This document shows positions 1 to 9,742 of a DNA stretch of 51,662 nucleotides, one piece after another. The stretch lies in the sequence record SRR20825006_1228; one strand, given 5' to 3'. The stretch's first letter is position 1. Every line of letters starts with the position of its first letter. A model generated the notes under the pieces. It was not told the origin of the DNA and did no database searches. It saw only the letters and a list, made by a program, of their open reading frames with translations. The position numbers and the translations under genes are program-made.

Positions 1-96
1 TGCCTCTCCCAGACCGAGTGGAAAAGACAGGCTCGGCTGCTGCTGAGGCGGGAAGCTATGAAACGCGTCCTTCAGGGAAGATGGGATTGAGGCCAT
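1..96 (-). CDS. 5' fragment of an SOS-regulated gene, probably ImuA-like mutagenesis protein (runs off the window edge)
   Basis: ATG at 96 opens MASIPSSLKDAFHSFPPQQQPSLSFPLGLGEA with no stop to base 1; LexA box starts 2 bp upstream of the ATG; FPLGLG segment resembles alphaproteobacterial ImuA N-termini (from memory). Confidence 0.5.
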   Translation of the reverse strand, partial: MASIPSSLKDAFHSFPPQQQPSLSFPLGLGEA

Positions 97-98
97 TT

Positions 99-113
99 GT
101 TCATTATTTGTTC
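99..113. promoter_or_regulatory. LexA (SOS) box, alphaproteobacterial type
   Basis: GTTC-ATTATTT-GTTC is an exact GTTC-N7-GTTC direct repeat, directly upstream of the minus-strand ATG at 96. Confidence 0.85.
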
Positions 114-287
114 TTATCACATTGAGTCAACTGACTCCGTCGAGCAGAAAGGATTTCAACAGGTACAGTGGCGGTTTCTGACGGACTTGTCCTGTAATGG
201 ATTATTCAGGACGAGGTTGGCCAAGCCGTAGCAGAAAGATCTGTGGAGCAGTGCTGACGCTGGCGACAAATGCCCGCGTGTCGGCCG

Positions 288-950
288 TCAGGTATGTGTG
301 AAAACAAGAAGCAGCAGGATCGGCAAGGCAAAGCCCGCAATCGTAAGTGGCCATGTGCTGGGGCGGCGCGTGGAATGCATCTGCAGCAACCAGAGCCCAG
401 ACGCACAGAACAAGACAACTGCAATGGCGAACAGGTCGAGAAACAATGTCCAGGCGAAGCCAGTATTTCGGCCCTTGTGCAGGTCGTTGAGATAGGCGAC
501 CGCGCCGCGACTGGTTTTTTCGAACATGACTTCGCCGGTCTCACGGTCAATGCTGATCCAGGCATCTCCACCGGGCCGGGGCAGGGTGATATACGCGTCA
601 AAATCGGTCCATTCGACCGGGCGGCCTGTTGTATCAAAGCTCGTCTCAGATTTGAGATAGGTCGCGACCTCGGCGGGCAGGCCGGACTCGGCGCCAGTCT
701 TCGCATGTTCATCCAGTAGCGTGACCAGCTGGCCTGGCAGGATGCTCTCGCCTTCGATGGTTCTTGGCTTTGAGGTAAGATCGCTGGCATGATTGAGCGT
801 AATGCCAGTCGCCGCGAACAGCATCATGCCGACAAGACAGAGCGCGCCAGACATCCAGTGAACGGTTCGCACCTGACGCTTGATGAACATTTTCAAGGAT
901 GCGCGTTTTGCGGGGGCGGTCTGGGAGAGGCTCATTCCGTCAGGGCTCAT
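288..950 (-). CDS. PepSY-associated TM helix domain membrane protein
   Basis: HWMSGALCLVGMMLFAATGITLNH, LPRPGGDAWISID, YLNDLHKGRNTG motifs and 3 TM segments; start uncertain (950 or 890). Confidence 0.85.
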   Translation of the reverse strand: MSPDGMSLSQTAPAKRASLKMFIKRQVRTVHWMSGALCLVGMMLFAATGITLNHASDLTSKPRTIEGESILPGQLVTLLDEHAKTGAESGLPAEVATYLKSETSFDTTGRPVEWTDFDAYITLPRPGGDAWISIDRETGEVMFEKTSRGAVAYLNDLHKGRNTGFAWTLFLDLFAIAVVLFCASGLWLLQMHSTRRPSTWPLTIAGFALPILLLLVFTHT

Positions 951-1023
951 TATCTGTATTGCGCCGTCTGAAGTTCGGCGCGGTCTGGTGGAGTTTCGCC
1001 TCCTAACATGCGCGAATATGCGT

Positions 1024-1040
1024 CTGCAAGTCATTCTCAA
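1024..1040. promoter_or_regulatory. Possible Fur-type operator
   Basis: CTGCAAGTCATTCTCAA resembles the Caulobacter-type Fur pseudo-palindrome; lies between divergent PepSY-TM gene and pabB. Confidence 0.45.
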
Positions 1041-1115
1041 TGCGTGTGTGCAATTGACTTGCTGCGGGCCTGTTGGTCTAGCCAAGGCGTATACGTTTCC
1101 TGACCAGGCATCTGA

Positions 1116-2498
1116 ATGCGCTACGCTCTTCTAGACTCATGTGATCCCGTCCGGGCCGCCACACTTTTCTATGGCGATGCGGCAACCCTCTGGCTCGATA
1201 GCGCGGATACCGATCACCCTTCATCACGCTGGTCATATCTCTGCATTGCACCAATCGCGACTTTGCAGGTTCGTGCGGAGGAGCTGTCACGCGGTGAGGA
1301 TGGCTTCGCAGACAGGGCGGACGAAGTAAGGGCCTGGATACGCAGCACCGAACGGCAGCGCATTGCGGAAGGTCCCCCGTTCCAAGGCGGCGCGGCGGGC
1401 TATGTTTCCTATGACGCTGCGCCACTCTTCCTTGAGCGATTCCAGTCGCGACACATGCCGCGCTCTGATTTGATTGAATTCAACTTGTACGACACGTTGC
1501 TGGCATTCGATCTTGAGGGTCAGAAGACTTGGGTCATGTCGGCCGGGCTGAGGGCGGCGAACGCAGAAGAGGATGACGCGCTGGCAGATGCGAAGATTGC
1601 GGAGGTGCTGACCCGTCTTGGCGACACGCGGCGCGCCCCGGATGTCGACGTGCCATTGGGCTGGTCACACCCGGATCAGGCTATTGATTATATTGCGGCC
1701 GTAAAGCGTACACAGGATTTTATTCTGGATGGCGACATTTATCAGGCCAACATTGCGCAGAATTGGGTAGCATCGCATTGCGACGTGTCGTCGGCTTTTT
1801 CCAACTATCTGCAGATGCGCGAGCGGACGCCTGCGCCCTTCGCGGCGTTCGGCCATTTTGAAGGGCGTGTTCTGGCAAGCGCATCGCCAGAGCGCTTGAT
1901 CTCCGCTTCGGCCACGGGGCGAGTCGTGGCGGAGCCGATCAAGGGAACCGTCAGACGCGAGGCTGACCTGATCGAGGACGATCTGGCGCAGGCAGGCCTG
2001 TTGGCCTCTGAGAAGGACCGCGCCGAGAACATCATGATAACTGACCTTCTACGGAATGATTTGTCCATCGTGTGCGAACCTGAATCGGTTGAAGTGACAT
2101 CGCTTTGCCGCTTGGAGACATTCTCCAATCTTCATCACCTCGTCTCGACCATTGAGGGCGACTTGTCGGACGACAAGGATGGCATTGACCTGTTCAAGGC
2201 AGTGTTTCCCGGTGGATCCATCACAGGCGCGCCGAAATTGCGCGCGATGGAAATCATTGACGAACTGGAGCAACGTCCTCGTGGCGCGTATTGCGGAGCT
2301 ATTGGGTATGTCGGTTTTGATGGTGCATTGGATTTCAACATCCTGATCCGCACAATTGATCATTTGCCGACAGAGAGCACGCTGTTGGCCGGCGGGGGTA
2401 TCACTTTGATGTCGGACCCGGTTGGCGAGCTGGCAGAGTCAGAGCTGAAGGCAGAGCGAATCGCGCCGTCCCTGTTCCGGGTGGGGAAGAAGGCATGA
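1116..2498 (+). CDS. pabB: Aminodeoxychorismate synthase component I
   Basis: Chorismate-binding motifs PFQGGAAGYVSYD, GDIYQANI, SPERL, PIKGT, KDRAENIMITDLLRNDL, FPGGSITGAPK; PIKGT is PabB-type. Confidence 0.9.
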   Translation: MRYALLDSCDPVRAATLFYGDAATLWLDSADTDHPSSRWSYLCIAPIATLQVRAEELSRGEDGFADRADEVRAWIRSTERQRIAEGPPFQGGAAGYVSYDAAPLFLERFQSRHMPRSDLIEFNLYDTLLAFDLEGQKTWVMSAGLRAANAEEDDALADAKIAEVLTRLGDTRRAPDVDVPLGWSHPDQAIDYIAAVKRTQDFILDGDIYQANIAQNWVASHCDVSSAFSNYLQMRERTPAPFAAFGHFEGRVLASASPERLISASATGRVVAEPIKGTVRREADLIEDDLAQAGLLASEKDRAENIMITDLLRNDLSIVCEPESVEVTSLCRLETFSNLHHLVSTIEGDLSDDKDGIDLFKAVFPGGSITGAPKLRAMEIIDELEQRPRGAYCGAIGYVGFDGALDFNILIRTIDHLPTESTLLAGGGITLMSDPVGELAESELKAERIAPSLFRVGKKA

Positions 2499-3079
2499 TC
2501 CTCGTGCTCAACAATCGCGACAGTTTCGTTCATAATCTCGCGCGCTATCTGACATGCGAAGGCGCGGATGTGACGGTCGTTGATAGTGACCGGATTACTC
2601 TCCATGAAATCACCGATCTTGCGCCTCAAGCGCTCGTCCTGTCGCCGGGACCATGTACACCGAATGAGGCAGGGATCTGCTTGGAAGCAGTTCAGTACTT
2701 CGCTGGGAAGCTGCCAGTTCTCGGAGTGTGTCTTGGGCACCAGGCGATCGCGCAGGTTTATGGGGGCAAGATTGTCAGGTCCAATTTTCCCCGCCATGGA
2801 CGCACCACGACGTTGTCAGTGCAGGGCGGAGCCTTGTTTGCTGGCTTGCCCCGCGCTTTTGATGTCGGTCTGTACAATTCTCTCGTGGCAACATTTGATG
2901 ATTTGCCGGACCAATTTCAAATTGATGCGGTATCTGCGGAGGGAGACATTATGGCGCTGTCACACACATACTTTCCGCTATTCAGTGTCCAGTTTCACCC
3001 AGAGTCTGTGCTTACCGAGCATGGCGCTGAGCTGATCAGGAATTTTGTACAGCTCGCGAAGAACTGGAAACCGGAATGA
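2495..3079 (+). CDS. pabA: Glutamine amidotransferase subunit of ADC/anthranilate synthase
   Basis: LSPGPCTP, LGVCLGHQAI, VQFHPES; ATGA overlap with pabB. Confidence 0.9.
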   Translation: MILVLNNRDSFVHNLARYLTCEGADVTVVDSDRITLHEITDLAPQALVLSPGPCTPNEAGICLEAVQYFAGKLPVLGVCLGHQAIAQVYGGKIVRSNFPRHGRTTTLSVQGGALFAGLPRAFDVGLYNSLVATFDDLPDQFQIDAVSAEGDIMALSHTYFPLFSVQFHPESVLTEHGAELIRNFVQLAKNWKPE

Positions 3080-3888
3080 TCTTGTCTCAGCCGTCTGCCT
3101 TGTCTGACCAGTCCGAACTGTTTGACCTGCGGGACCGCGGCTTGTTGTTGGCAGATGGCGTGTTCGACACGTCGCTCGTCAGCGATGGACGCGTCATTCT
3201 GCGCGATGCACACTTGGACCGCTTGATCGAAGGTGCTGCTGCACTGGGCATTGATCTTGAGCGCAAGGCCGTTGCTCGTGTCATGGATACGGCGATTGAA
3301 GACTCTGCGTCGGGTGCATTGCGTATCACGGTCACACGCGGCGCTGGGGTTCGCGGGCTCGCGGATGATATGGCGGCTTCGCCGACCCTCATCGCGCGTG
3401 TTTCAGAATATAGTGTGAGTCTGACGCCAGAAGCTGTGCGAGTGCACAAAAGCACGATCCTGCGCAATCCAACTTCCATCACGGCTCGCTACAAGACCTT
3501 GTCCTACACAGACAATATCGTTGCATTGCGCGCGGCAGTTCAAGCTGGTTTTGATGAAGCGTTCTTTTTCTCGCCCGCTGGGCATCTTGCCTGTGCCAGT
3601 GTGGCGAATGTGTTCGTGCAGATGGATGGAGCTATCTTCACGCCGCCCGTTGGGGATGGCGCTCTGCCCGGTGTGATGCGGAACTGGATTTTGGGTAGGG
3701 GGCGTGTTGGCGATTTCGCCGTTTCGGAGCGGTCGATCTCGCTTGATGATCTTCGATCCGCGGACAGGGTTTTCCTGACCAACAGCCTGCGCCTGTTCCA
3801 ACCGGTATCAGCGTTTGAGACCAGGATGTTCAATGCTGAACTGCCTGCGGGCTGCGCCGAATTGCGAGCAGAACTACTCACCAATTGA
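3076..3888 (+). CDS. pabC: Class IV PLP enzyme, probable 4-amino-4-deoxychorismate lyase
   Basis: DRGLLLADGVFDT, HLDRL, LRITVTRG, YKTLSY, ALPGVMR, VFLTNSL; coupled to pabA. Confidence 0.75.
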   Translation: MILSQPSALSDQSELFDLRDRGLLLADGVFDTSLVSDGRVILRDAHLDRLIEGAAALGIDLERKAVARVMDTAIEDSASGALRITVTRGAGVRGLADDMAASPTLIARVSEYSVSLTPEAVRVHKSTILRNPTSITARYKTLSYTDNIVALRAAVQAGFDEAFFFSPAGHLACASVANVFVQMDGAIFTPPVGDGALPGVMRNWILGRGRVGDFAVSERSISLDDLRSADRVFLTNSLRLFQPVSAFETRMFNAELPAGCAELRAELLTN

Positions 3889-3906
3889 CCCCACTTTTCC
3901 GGAACG

Positions 3907-5022
3907 CTAGGCGAGCGCTTCCGCCAATGGCGTTAGCTCTAGTTCCAGACTTTCCGCGACAGCTTCGCACGTAACTTTGCCATCCCAGACGTTGAGGCCT
4001 GCTGCCAGGTGCGGGTCCGACTTGAGTGCGGCCTTCCAACCCTTGTCAGCGATTCGCAAAGCATGGGGCAAAGTCGCATTGTTGAGCGCGTAGGTGGATG
4101 TGCGTGCTACGGCGCCGGGCATGTTCGCCACGCAATAGTGGACGATGTCATCGACCACATAAGTTGGAGCATCATGCGTGGTGGGATGGGAGGTTTCGAA
4201 ACAACCACCCTGGTCGATCGCGACATCCACCATCACTGCGCCGGGCTGCATGATAGACAACATTTCGCGCGTGATGAGTTTCGGCGCTGCAGAACCGGGG
4301 ACGAGCACCGCGCCGATTACGAGATCGGCCTGGGCAATTTCCTGTTCCAGCGTTGCCCGGGTCGAGTAAACTGTGTTCGCGCCAGCCTCGAAATGCGTGG
4401 CGAGGCGTTCGAGCACATCCGGATTGCGGTCGAGGATGGTAACGTCCGCATGCATGCCGACGGCCATCTGTGCCGCATTGAAGCCGACCACGCCGCCACC
4501 AATGATCACGACCCGGCTGGCGTGTACGCCCGGCACGCCGCCAATCAGCACGCCGCGGCCGCCCTTTGCTTTTTCCAGGGCCGAGGCCCCGGCCTGAACG
4601 GCGAGACGTCCGGCCACCTGGCTCATCGGTTTGAGCAGGGGCAGGCCGCCGGTGCGGTCGGTCACGGTTTCATAGGCGATACACGTCGCGCCGGATTTCA
4701 TCAGATCCTGCGTCTGTTCCGGATCTGGAGCCAGATGGAGATAGGTGAACAGGATCTGGCCGGGTCGCAATTGTGTGCGTTCGGGTGCCAGCGGCTCCTT
4801 CACTTTGATGATCATCTCGCAAGTGGCGAACACATCTGCGGCTGTCTCCGCGATCTCCGCGCCGACGGCGCGATACGCATCGTCTGTTGCGCCAATGCCC
4901 ATGCCTGCTTGCGTTTCCACCAGTACCTTGTGCCCGCGCGCGGTGAATTCGCTGACGCTCTCCGGCGTAAGGCCGACCCGAAACTCATTGTTCTTGATCT
5001 CTTTTGGAACGCCGATCTGCAT
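3907..5022 (-). CDS. ald: Alanine dehydrogenase
   Basis: [51 protein letters not shown]; start 5022 or 5028. Confidence 0.95.
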   Translation of the reverse strand: MQIGVPKEIKNNEFRVGLTPESVSEFTARGHKVLVETQAGMGIGATDDAYRAVGAEIAETAADVFATCEMIIKVKEPLAPERTQLRPGQILFTYLHLAPDPEQTQDLMKSGATCIAYETVTDRTGGLPLLKPMSQVAGRLAVQAGASALEKAKGGRGVLIGGVPGVHASRVVIIGGGVVGFNAAQMAVGMHADVTILDRNPDVLERLATHFEAGANTVYSTRATLEQEIAQADLVIGAVLVPGSAAPKLITREMLSIMQPGAVMVDVAIDQGGCFETSHPTTHDAPTYVVDDIVHYCVANMPGAVARTSTYALNNATLPHALRIADKGWKAALKSDPHLAAGLNVWDGKVTCEAVAESLELELTPLAEALA

Positions 5023-5096
5023 GCTCATGACTCCCGGAGGGTAAGGTTACCTGAATTTCGCGGATATCGTATATAGTATGCCTTCATGTCCAGAGG

Positions 5097-5125
5097 TTTT
5101 GTATGTTTTGTTTCAACATACAAAA
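5097..5125. repeat. Perfect 11-bp AT-rich inverted repeat (operator or hairpin) upstream of ald
   Basis: TTTTGTATGTT-N7-AACATACAAAA. Confidence 0.7.
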
Positions 5126-5170
5126 TATTTGTCGAATTATCTTTCTCGTGCCCGTGGGGCGTGAGCGAGT

Positions 5171-6589
5171 TTAATCCCCGGAAGCCTCATCCAGAGAAGC
5201 ATCCCAGACCGCCAGCGCGCGGTAAAGGGCAAGACTATTCAGGCCGCGATCCAGGTTGGCGAGAATGAGTTGTTGCTGAGCATTGTAGTTTTCACGCTGG
5301 GCATCCAGCACCGTCAGATAATCATCAAGGCCTGATTTGAAGCGCTCTTGCGACAGATAGAAGGTGACGCCTGTGTCGTCAGCAAGCTGTTCCAGAGCAT
5401 CCAGTCTGCTGGAGATTGTCTCGGATACGGCGAGGGCGTTTGCAACTTCGCGGAAGGCCTGCTGAATGGTGCCTTCATAGGCTGCGAGAGCCGCGTCGGC
5501 ATTCGCGCGGGCTGCGTCCAGATTTCCGCGTCTCGTGCCGAAGTCAAAGATGGGCACCGAAACACTCGGCGTAAAAGTCCAGCCCGTCGCATAGTCGCCT
5601 TCGAACAGATCCGCCAGGTCGCCGCCGACTACGCCCGCACCGCCGGTCAGGGAGACCGATGGGAAATAGGCAGCGCGTGCAGCGCCTATATTGGCATTGG
5701 CCGCCAATAGATTGCGTTCTGCCTGAATGACATCCGGGCGGCGCAACAGAACTGAGGAAGTCTGGCCAACCGGCAGGTCAAGTACAACGGGAGATGGGGT
5801 CAGCTCGACGTGCGCTTCAATGGACGGTGGCAAGTCTGTTCCCACCAGATAACGCAGGGTATTCAGGTCTCGGCGGACAGTTGCCCGGAACTCTGCCGCT
5901 TGTGCCTGGGCTGACGCAACAGACGCCGAGGCCCGACGCAAGTCGATCTCGCTGGCAGTGCCCGCATCGAACAGAGCCTGTGTGAGGTCGAGGCTTTCAT
6001 TCTGACTGCTCGCCGTCTGTTCGGCCAGTCTCAGCAATTCCTGGTCTGCCGCGAGTTGGAGCCACGCTTCCGCGACAGATGCCACCAGGGAAATCTTGGT
6101 GGCGCGTTCGCCTTCGACACTCGCCAGATAGGTCTGCAGGGCGGCATCGTTCGTGTTCCGGATACGCCCGAAGAAGTCTAGTTCCCAAGCAGAGACTCCT
6201 ATTTGCGCGGAAGTGCTGTCACCGAAGGAAGACGAATATGTTGCGTCATCCCGAAAGGTGCCGCCCTTCTGCGCGCTACCGGACCCGGTGAAGGTCGGCC
6301 AGAAACCTGACCGAGACGTGACGAGGTTCGCACGTGCCACTTCGACAGTGGCGGCGACAGTTCGCAGGTCGCGGTTCTGGTCCAGCGACAGATCGATCAG
6401 TGCACGCAACTCATCCGACTGAACGATGTCTTGCCATGCAAGTGTGGAGACCCCAGTCACCGAAGGCTCCGAAATGGGAAGCTCTGTCGGCACGGGCGCT
6501 ATCGGGCGCTCATAGTCTGGTGCCAGATTGACACAGCCGGTCAGGACAAGCGCACTGAGCGGGGCGGCGAGGTATTTTTGACGGCTCAT
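5171..6589 (-). CDS. Efflux outer membrane factor lipoprotein (OprM/NodT family)
   Basis: Lipobox LTGC, LAPDYERP, WELDFFGR, LLRRPDVIQAE, ANIGAARAAYFP. Confidence 0.92.
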   Translation of the reverse strand: MSRQKYLAAPLSALVLTGCVNLAPDYERPIAPVPTELPISEPSVTGVSTLAWQDIVQSDELRALIDLSLDQNRDLRTVAATVEVARANLVTSRSGFWPTFTGSGSAQKGGTFRDDATYSSSFGDSTSAQIGVSAWELDFFGRIRNTNDAALQTYLASVEGERATKISLVASVAEAWLQLAADQELLRLAEQTASSQNESLDLTQALFDAGTASEIDLRRASASVASAQAQAAEFRATVRRDLNTLRYLVGTDLPPSIEAHVELTPSPVVLDLPVGQTSSVLLRRPDVIQAERNLLAANANIGAARAAYFPSVSLTGGAGVVGGDLADLFEGDYATGWTFTPSVSVPIFDFGTRRGNLDAARANADAALAAYEGTIQQAFREVANALAVSETISSRLDALEQLADDTGVTFYLSQERFKSGLDDYLTVLDAQRENYNAQQQLILANLDRGLNSLALYRALAVWDASLDEASGD

Positions 6590-9500
6590 GCTTGATCTCC
6601 GGACGTGGCAGGGCGTTGACCGCGCAGGCGCGTCGTAACCTGGCGAACTAGAACATAGAAGAGAGGGGCGAACAGCAGGCTGAAGGTCATGGCGGCTATA
6701 ACGCCACCCACCATGATCCAGCCCATTGCATTTCGGCTTTCTGAGCCTGCGCCGGTACTGAGGGCGAGTGGCAAGACACCAAAGCCAAAAGCAAACGACG
6801 TCATCAAGACGGGGCGAATGCGCTGCCGTACGGCTTCGATGGTCGCCGTGACAACGTCCTTGCCTTGATCTTCGAGGGTCCGCGCGAACTCGACGACTAG
6901 GATCGCGTTCTTGGAGGCGAGACCAACAGTCATCAAGAGGCCGACCTGGAAGAAGACGTCATTAGCGAGACCAAAGAGGTTTGCCGCAGATACAGCGCCC
7001 GTAACGCCAAGCGGGGCGACCAGCAGGACCGAGACTGGAATTGTCCAGCTTTCATAAAGAGCAGCTAGGCAGAGGAATACAAAGAGAAGGGACAGAATGT
7101 ATAGCATCGTTGCCTGGTTGCCAGCTTGGCGCTCCTGACGGCTGAGCCCGCTCCATTCAAGAGAGATGTTGCCAGGCAACTGGCTGACCATGTCTTCCAT
7201 GATCTGCATGGCTACACCGGAACTTTCGCCCTCTGCCGGAGATCCCTGAATATTGATTGCGGGTACGCCGCCAAATCTCTGGAACTGGGGAGAACCATAT
7301 GACCATTCGCCGGACACGATCTCGTCAAGCGGAGTCATCTCGCCGGACGAGGTGCGCACGTGCCACTTGGAAATGTCTTCCGGTTGCATACGGTCTTCCG
7401 CATCCCCTTGAACATAGACACGCTTGATACGGCCCCGGTCGATGAAGTCATTCACATAGCTTCCCCCGAAGGCAACGGACAGGACACTTGTGGCATCGGC
7501 AACAGACACGCCGAGAGCTTGAGCTTTCTGGTAGTCGAGATTCATCTTGAACTGTGGACCATCTTCGCTGCCATTCGGGCGGACGCCCATCAGGCGCGGA
7601 TCCTGAGAGGCCATGCCGAGAAGTTGGTTCCGGGCATCCACAAATTCAGCGTGGGTAAGTCCGCCTGTGTTCTGAATGTAGAGATCAAAGCCGTTCGAAT
7701 TGCCCATCTCCCGAATAGGCGGGGGAACGATCGGGAAAATCCGGGCTTCGTCGATTTGGGACAGACCGCCAAAAGCACGGCCTGCGATAGACTGGACAGA
7801 GTTTTCAGGACCCGGCCGTTCAGACCAATCATTCATAGCCGCGAAGGCCATGCCATTGTTCTGGCCCTGACCGACAACGCTGAAGCCAGCGACGGTGAAC
7901 AGGCCCATGATATTGTCTTCTTCATTCGCAGCATAATACTTCCGCACATCATCCATCACGGCAGCAGTCCGCTCCAGGGTTGCGCTTTCAGGCAACTGGA
8001 CAATGGTCATCAATGTGCCCTGGTCTTCGTCGGGCAGGAATGCCGTGGGCAGGCGTACAAACAATAGGCCGGTGACCGCCATGATTACCGCGAAGGTGGC
8101 AAGCATGATCCATCTGCGGCGAATGATCCTTGTGACCGCGCCTTCATATGCATTGGTGAGTTTGTCAAAGCCGGAATTGAATGCGCGCGCCGGGGTCATG
8201 TACCATGACTTTCCGTTCCCGGAGGATGGCTTTAATAGTGTGGCGCACAAGGCCGGTGACAAGACCACCGCAATTAGCACGGACAGCGCCATGGCAGATA
8301 CGATCGTAACCGAAAACTGGCGATAGATAATGCCGGCAGATCCCGGGAAAAAGGCCATAGGCACGAAGACAGCGGATAGGACCACGGCAATACCTACCAG
8401 GGCTCCGGTGATCTGCTGCATGGATTTAACGGTGGCATCATAGGGGGAGAGGCCGTCTTCATGCATGACCCGTTCAACATTCTCCACCACTACGATGGCA
8501 TCGTCCACGAGGAGACCGATGGCCAGCACCATGGCGAACATGGTAAGTGTGTTGATGGACATGCCGAACAGGAGGAGCACGGCGAACGTGCCGAGCAAGA
8601 CAACTGGAACCGCAATGATCGGGATCAACGACGCACGGAAGCTTTGCAGGAAGATCAGGATAACGACAAATACGAGGACAATCGCTTCATACAGCGTTTT
8701 CTGAACTTCATGGATCGAGGTTTCGATGAAGGGTGTCGAGTCAACGGGGAACTGGTACTCCAGATCGGCTGGAAAGGATGGCGACATGTTCCTGACGGCT
8801 TCCTTGACTCGCTCGGCTGTTTCGAGCGCGTTTGCGCCCGTCGCCAAAGAGATCGCCACACCCGTTGCCGGCTTGCCATTGAAGCGGGCGATGGCTGAAT
8901 AATCCTGGGCGCCGAGTTCGACCCGTGCGACATCTTCCAGTCGGACGGATCCACCCGCAGGCGTTGTGCGGATCAGCAGCTTCTCGAATTGCTCTGGAGT
9001 CGACAACAGGGATTGAAGCGTCACGGTGACGTTGATCTCCTGGCCTGGCACTGAAGGAGTTCCGCCTAGTGCGCCAGTGGCGACCTGTGCGTTCTGGGCC
9101 TGGATAGCTTGCGTGACGTCAGACGGAGTAAGTTGGTATTGCGCCAGCTTTTCAGGCTCTAGCCAGATACGCATTGCGTACTGCGATCCGAACACCTGAA
9201 CGCTACCGACACCGTCGATGCGGCTGATTGTGTCATAGACGGTGGAGCGAACAAAGTCGCCGATGTCGATCTGGTTGAGTGTGCTGTTTGGAGAATAAAA
9301 TGCTGTTACCAGCAGGAAGCTGCCGCTTGCCTTGCTCACGGTCACGCCCTGACGCTGCACTTCTTCCGGCAGAAGCGGTGTCGCGAGCGAGATTTTGTTT
9401 TGGGTTTGAACCTGGGCAATATCGGCATCTGTGCCGGGCTCAAAGGATAACGTAATCGACATTGAACCGTTGGAATTCGAGGACGACGATATATAGTCGA

Positions 9501-9723
9501 GTCCATCAAGGCCGGTGAGTTGCTGTTCGATGACTTGCGTCACCGCATTCTCGACTGCTTCGGCGGATGCCCCCGGATAGTTCGCTGAAATGCTGACCGT
9601 TGTGGGCGCGATATCCGGATACTGAGCGATTGGAAGCGCGCGCAGCGCCATGCCGCCTGCAAGCATGATGATGATTGCAATCACCCAGGCAAACACCGGG
9701 CGGTCGATAAAGAATTTAGCCAT
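6586..9723 (-). CDS. acrB: HAE1-family RND efflux permease (AcrB/MexB-like)
   Basis: FFIDRPVFAWV, YPGASAE, GLLVDDAIVVVENVER, GLASKNAILVVEFA; 1045 aa. Confidence 0.93.
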   Translation of the reverse strand: MAKFFIDRPVFAWVIAIIIMLAGGMALRALPIAQYPDIAPTTVSISANYPGASAEAVENAVTQVIEQQLTGLDGLDYISSSSNSNGSMSITLSFEPGTDADIAQVQTQNKISLATPLLPEEVQRQGVTVSKASGSFLLVTAFYSPNSTLNQIDIGDFVRSTVYDTISRIDGVGSVQVFGSQYAMRIWLEPEKLAQYQLTPSDVTQAIQAQNAQVATGALGGTPSVPGQEINVTVTLQSLLSTPEQFEKLLIRTTPAGGSVRLEDVARVELGAQDYSAIARFNGKPATGVAISLATGANALETAERVKEAVRNMSPSFPADLEYQFPVDSTPFIETSIHEVQKTLYEAIVLVFVVILIFLQSFRASLIPIIAVPVVLLGTFAVLLLFGMSINTLTMFAMVLAIGLLVDDAIVVVENVERVMHEDGLSPYDATVKSMQQITGALVGIAVVLSAVFVPMAFFPGSAGIIYRQFSVTIVSAMALSVLIAVVLSPALCATLLKPSSGNGKSWYMTPARAFNSGFDKLTNAYEGAVTRIIRRRWIMLATFAVIMAVTGLLFVRLPTAFLPDEDQGTLMTIVQLPESATLERTAAVMDDVRKYYAANEEDNIMGLFTVAGFSVVGQGQNNGMAFAAMNDWSERPGPENSVQSIAGRAFGGLSQIDEARIFPIVPPPIREMGNSNGFDLYIQNTGGLTHAEFVDARNQLLGMASQDPRLMGVRPNGSEDGPQFKMNLDYQKAQALGVSVADATSVLSVAFGGSYVNDFIDRGRIKRVYVQGDAEDRMQPEDISKWHVRTSSGEMTPLDEIVSGEWSYGSPQFQRFGGVPAINIQGSPAEGESSGVAMQIMEDMVSQLPGNISLEWSGLSRQERQAGNQATMLYILSLLFVFLCLAALYESWTIPVSVLLVAPLGVTGAVSAANLFGLANDVFFQVGLLMTVGLASKNAILVVEFARTLEDQGKDVVTATIEAVRQRIRPVLMTSFAFGFGVLPLALSTGAGSESRNAMGWIMVGGVIAAMTFSLLFAPLFYVLVRQVTTRLRGQRPATSGDQA

Positions 9724-9742
9724 GTCGAGTGTCCAGAGTTCG

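Noticed and set aside
1116-3888. pab cluster as a secondary-metabolite (p-aminophenylalanine/aryl polyene) pathway
   Set aside because: No mutase, dehydrogenase, PKS or NRPS nearby; ordinary folate-precursor operon is sufficient
4009-5076. 355-aa ORF antisense to ald
   Set aside because: Shadow frame of a well-conserved high-GC gene; no recognisable motifs
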